DNA from: an uncultured Spirochaetota bacterium
Lineage (GTDB): Bacteria; Spirochaetota; UBA4802; UBA5550
Assembly: GCA_963827275.1 (NCBI GenBank)
Contig: CAWHAA010000001.1
Span: 192,001 to 256,000, forward strand
Direction of reading: 5' to 3'
DNA: 64,000 bases
The translations under genes and the position numbers were made by a program. Positions 60,629-64,000 of the stretch are shown here, one piece after another (positions within the stretch are counted from its first letter, which is position 1; each line of letters starts with the position of its first letter). The notes beneath the pieces are model-generated. The model was not told the DNA's origin. It did not search any database and worked only from the letters and a program-made list of their open reading frames with translations.

Positions 60629-62746
60629 ATGCGCCATAGTTTCCTTGCACGGATCATAAAAAAAGCGGCGCCGGTTCCGCTTGCGGCCGTTTTACTGCTC
60701 GCGCTCTGCGGGACGTCCCTTGCCCTCGATCCGGTTGCCATCGACGGGTCGCTGAAGATCAAGTATATCGGCCGGAACATCGAATACCTCCTGGACGAGC
60801 GCCAGGCCCTGACCATAGGAGATCTTCTCGCCCCGGGCGGACAGGCCCCCGCGTGGCAACAATCAGAATCCGCGGACCTGGGCCTCGGCTACGTGCGGGG
60901 AGCCGTATGGGTCCGCTTTACCGCGCGCAACGCTTCGGACAGGGACATCGAATGGCTCCTCCAGCAGGACCATTTTTCCATGACACGGCTCATCCTGTAT
61001 GTTCTGGAAGACCGGAACGTGGTCCGCACCGTGGAGACCGGCAATATCTTCAGGTTTGACGACAGGCCCTTTGACGATGCCACATTTGTCTTCCCGATGA
61101 CCATCCGGGCCGGTTCCGTGAATGAATACTACATGCGTTTTACGAACAAGTTCCCGATGAGCATCAACCTTCGGGCGGCCTCCCTTTCTTCATTCTACAA
61201 AGAGCGCGACAGGCTGCTCCCCTTTCTCTGGATAATGTACGGTTTTTTTATTGTCATGATCGGGTATAATACCGTCCTCTATTTTTCAATCCGGGACAAC
61301 AGCTACCTCTACTACACGCTGTTCATCGCCACCTTCCTGATATACATGATGCACTATAACGGCCATGCCGGCCAGTACCTGTGGGGGAACTTCCCCCTCT
61401 GGACCGGCAACATGGGATACTTTTTCATCCCGTTGATAGCCGCAACGGTGGCGCAATTTGTCAGGCACTTCATCTCGCTCTGGGAGATAAATAAAACGCT
61501 GAACCTTTCCATCAAGCTATTCATCGTGGCGGATATCGTCATCGCCGCCCTTTCTCTCTTCCTGAACGAATACATATGGTTTGGCGTCCTGCTGATCTCC
61601 ATGACGATCCTGCTGCTGACGTACGGCTTCATGGTGCTCATCTACTGCGCGGTTGTAAAGAATTCCCGGCAGGCGAGGATATACCTCCTCTCTTCAGCCC
61701 TCCTGTTCGTGGCCGCGATGGTCTTCGCCCTGCGCGCGCTCGATCTCATTCCCGACACGTTCCTCTCGTCCCACGGCATCCTGATCGGCGGGGCCTTTCA
61801 GGTCATCGTCCTCTCGTTCGGCCTCGCGGACAAGATCAACATCATGAGCAAGGACATCCTCAAGGCGGAACGGAGATACCGCCACATCATTGAAAGCTCG
61901 GCTGAAATCATCTTCCTCCTGGACAGGGACCTCAATATCGTCAGCATCAACAACGCGGTGGAGAAGCACCTCGGGAACCCGGTGGACAGCTTCATCGGGA
62001 AAAACTTTCTTGGCCTGATCAAGGACACCTGGAGCGAGCGGACGCATATCACCCGCCAGCTGGTGGAGGAGCAGATATCCGACCTCTACGAAAAAAAAAC
62101 GAGCGTCCAGTTCAGGACCACCTTCCTGCCCTCGTTCAAGAACGAGCCCGAGGATTTCGTCGTGAAGTTCGAGTATATCGAGGCCGACGATCTCGGGTAC
62201 AAGATACTCGGCAAGGCGTCGCCGATAACGGACGACATGCTCCTCAGGTACCTGGTCGTCGAACATTTCGTCTATTCGATGGACAACTACCTTAATAACG
62301 CCGACCTGATGTCGCTCAGGCTCACGCGGAACCTGGTCCGCTACCTCCCGTCGCATGAGATCCCCCTGATCAGGGTCGCGATACGGGAGATGCTGGTGAA
62401 CGCGATAGAGCACGGCAACCTGGGGATATCATTCGACGAAAAGACAAAGGCCCTTGGGCAGGGGAATTACTTCAATGTCATCCATGAACGGCAGAGGGAC
62501 AGCCGGTTTCGGGACAAGAAATTGATCATCGATTATACCCTCGACGAAGAAAAGGTCATGTACAGAATTTCCGACGAAGGCCAGGGGTTCAACCATGAAG
62601 CGATAATGGGCCTCGACCCGGCCATCGAAAACGAAAAGCTGCTCACGCACGGGAGGGGGCTGTTCATGGCGCGCGCGACGTTCGACACGATCGAGTTCAA
62701 CGAGAAGGGCAACATGATCGTCCTGAAGAAAATGTTCCGGTCATGA
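60629..62746 (+). CDS. 7TMR-DISM sensor with PAS and RsbW-like HATPase output domain
   Basis: DISMED2 region (LGLGY..AVWVRF, TGNIFRFDDRP), 7 TM segments (YNTVLYFSIRDNSYLYY...SFGLADKI), PAS, EMLVNAIEHGN, DEGQGF, HGRGL, FNEKGN. Confidence 0.85.
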   Translation: MRHSFLARIIKKAAPVPLAAVLLLALCGTSLALDPVAIDGSLKIKYIGRNIEYLLDERQALTIGDLLAPGGQAPAWQQSESADLGLGYVRGAVWVRFTARNASDRDIEWLLQQDHFSMTRLILYVLEDRNVVRTVETGNIFRFDDRPFDDATFVFPMTIRAGSVNEYYMRFTNKFPMSINLRAASLSSFYKERDRLLPFLWIMYGFFIVMIGYNTVLYFSIRDNSYLYYTLFIATFLIYMMHYNGHAGQYLWGNFPLWTGNMGYFFIPLIAATVAQFVRHFISLWEINKTLNLSIKLFIVADIVIAALSLFLNEYIWFGVLLISMTILLLTYGFMVLIYCAVVKNSRQARIYLLSSALLFVAAMVFALRALDLIPDTFLSSHGILIGGAFQVIVLSFGLADKINIMSKDILKAERRYRHIIESSAEIIFLLDRDLNIVSINNAVEKHLGNPVDSFIGKNFLGLIKDTWSERTHITRQLVEEQISDLYEKKTSVQFRTTFLPSFKNEPEDFVVKFEYIEADDLGYKILGKASPITDDMLLRYLVVEHFVYSMDNYLNNADLMSLRLTRNLVRYLPSHEIPLIRVAIREMLVNAIEHGNLGISFDEKTKALGQGNYFNVIHERQRDSRFRDKKLIIDYTLDEEKVMYRISDEGQGFNHEAIMGLDPAIENEKLLTHGRGLFMARATFDTIEFNEKGNMIVLKKMFRS

Positions 62747-62774
62747 AATGGGCACGTGAAGGGCGGGTGCAGGA

Positions 62775-63074
62775 TTATATCATTTCAAACAGCAGGTTTT
62801 CACGGAAATTCGCGTCAAGGCTCTCAAGAAAAGCATCGAACACCATGACGTTAATGCTCGCGATCTTCCAGTTCTGCCTGTCCTCGATCACTTTCCGGAT
62901 GAAGCCTTCCGCCTCTTCCTGCGCGACAAACCCGATCACCGAGGTGGTGCTGTCATCCACCTTGCGGAACAGCATGTGGCGTTCCCTCAGCTCATCGGCA
63001 TAGTCCTGTGTGACGATAAAGAACAGGTCTCTCTTGCCGTCCCGAAATTCGTTGAAATAATCCTGCTTGTTCAT
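62775..63074 (-). CDS. Hypothetical protein
   Basis: 99-aa ORF with host-like codon usage and an AGGGG RBS. Confidence 0.6.
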   Translation of the reverse strand: MNKQDYFNEFRDGKRDLFFIVTQDYADELRERHMLFRKVDDSTTSVIGFVAQEEAEGFIRKVIEDRQNWKIASINVMVFDAFLESLDANFRENLLFEMI

Positions 63075-63192
63075 GGGCGCCCCTGTTCGTCAGTAATTGA
63101 CCTTCGCGTCGATCGAGACGATCGGACGGACGTGCTGTATATATCCTCCGCTCCGATCCATGTCAATAAGTTATTCCCGGCGCGGGAAAAAT

Positions 63193-63232
63193 TAAATAAC
63201 GCGGTTTGGCATGGCCCGTACCGCGTTATTTA
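63193..63232. promoter_or_regulatory. 13-bp perfect inverted repeat upstream of pyrD
   Basis: TAAATAACGCGGT-N14-ACCGCGTTATTTA in the divergent intergenic region. Role unknown. Confidence 0.4.
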
Positions 63233-63290
63233 TTTCTTGACTCTGATAAATCAACATTTTATCTGGTGTAGGCATCGCACGGAGATACGA

Positions 63291-64000
63291 GTGAACCTCA
63301 CAATACGAATCAGGGACCTGACGCTGAAAAACCCGGTCACGGTCGCTTCCGGCACCGCCGGATACGGCGAGGAGCTGTCGCACTACATCGACATAGCGAA
63401 GCTGGGCGCAATCTTCACGAAAGGGCTTTCCCTGAAACCGCGGCCGGGAAACCGGGGCAACCGGGTGATTGAAACCCCTGCCGGCGTCCTGAATTCGATA
63501 GGGCTTGAAAACGTGGGCCTGGAGCGCTTCCTTTCCGAGAAGCTCCCCTATCTCGTGAAAAAGGGCGCGACGGTGATCCCGAACGTGGCGGGCCACTCCG
63601 TCGAGGAAAACGTGGAGCTGTGCGCGGCCCTCTCGGCGCAGGACGCCATCGGCGCGCTGGAGCTGAACGTATCGTGCCCCAACGTGAAGGAGGGCGGCAT
63701 GGCCTTCGGCACCGACATGAAGCGCTTCACGGACCTCGTGGAGAAGGCGCGGGCCGCCACAAAATGCGCCCTCATCGTGAAGCTCTCCCCCAACGTGACC
63801 GACGTGGCCGAATTCGCCGTTCGCGCGCAGGAGACAGGCGCGGACGCGATCTCCGCCGTGAACACGTTCCTGGGGATGAAGATCGACGTGAAGAAAAAGC
63901 GGCCCCATTTCGAGAACAGGGTCGCGGGCCTGTCGGGACCGGCGATCCGGCCCCTGGCGGTCCGGGTGGTGTACCAGATCTGCGAGGCGGTCAGCATCCC
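63291..64000 (+). CDS. pyrD: Dihydroorotate dehydrogenase, family 1 catalytic subunit (partial; runs off the window end)
   Basis: Hand translation from GTG 63291 (GGAG RBS): LKNPVTVASGTAGYG, TKGLS, NSIGLEN, ELNVSCPNV, VKLSPNVTD, AVNT, GLSGPAIRP. Confidence 0.95.
   Translation, partial: MNLTIRIRDLTLKNPVTVASGTAGYGEELSHYIDIAKLGAIFTKGLSLKPRPGNRGNRVIETPAGVLNSIGLENVGLERFLSEKLPYLVKKGATVIPNVAGHSVEENVELCAALSAQDAIGALELNVSCPNVKEGGMAFGTDMKRFTDLVEKARAATKCALIVKLSPNVTDVAEFAVRAQETGADAISAVNTFLGMKIDVKKKRPHFENRVAGLSGPAIRPLAVRVVYQICEAVSI

Overview
Bacterial chromosomal window, GC-rich with AT-rich patches. Gene content (7TM-DISM sensor, DUF1564-like protein, several MCP/SpoIIE sensors, Cys-lipoproteins) suggests an anaerobic free-living spirochaete; this is inference. 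It carries core genes (lysA, ilvB-ilvN-ilvC, tkt, polA, pyrD, apbE, copA, copZ), signal-transduction genes, three large Ig/beta-rich surface proteins, an IclR-linked 2-hydroxyacyl-CoA dehydratase module and a 10-gene lipid-catabolism cluster. No rRNA, tRNA, CRISPR array or intact mobile element was seen. The most notable unexplained signals are: (1) a palindromic motif, TTACCGATAACTATCGG, found six times, always in the sense orientation, including two paired cassettes with a shared linker and one copy inside a small RHH/DUF1564-like gene; (2) a gene flanked by ~130-bp direct repeats with a dif-like core, next to an IS91-type transposase remnant; (3) a metallophosphoesterase-nucleotidyltransferase fusion; (4) a dehydratase module whose activator gene is truncated and whose two ends look like junction scars; (5) two structured intergenic RNA candidates. 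About nine +1 frameshifts in five genes are most likely sequencing errors.
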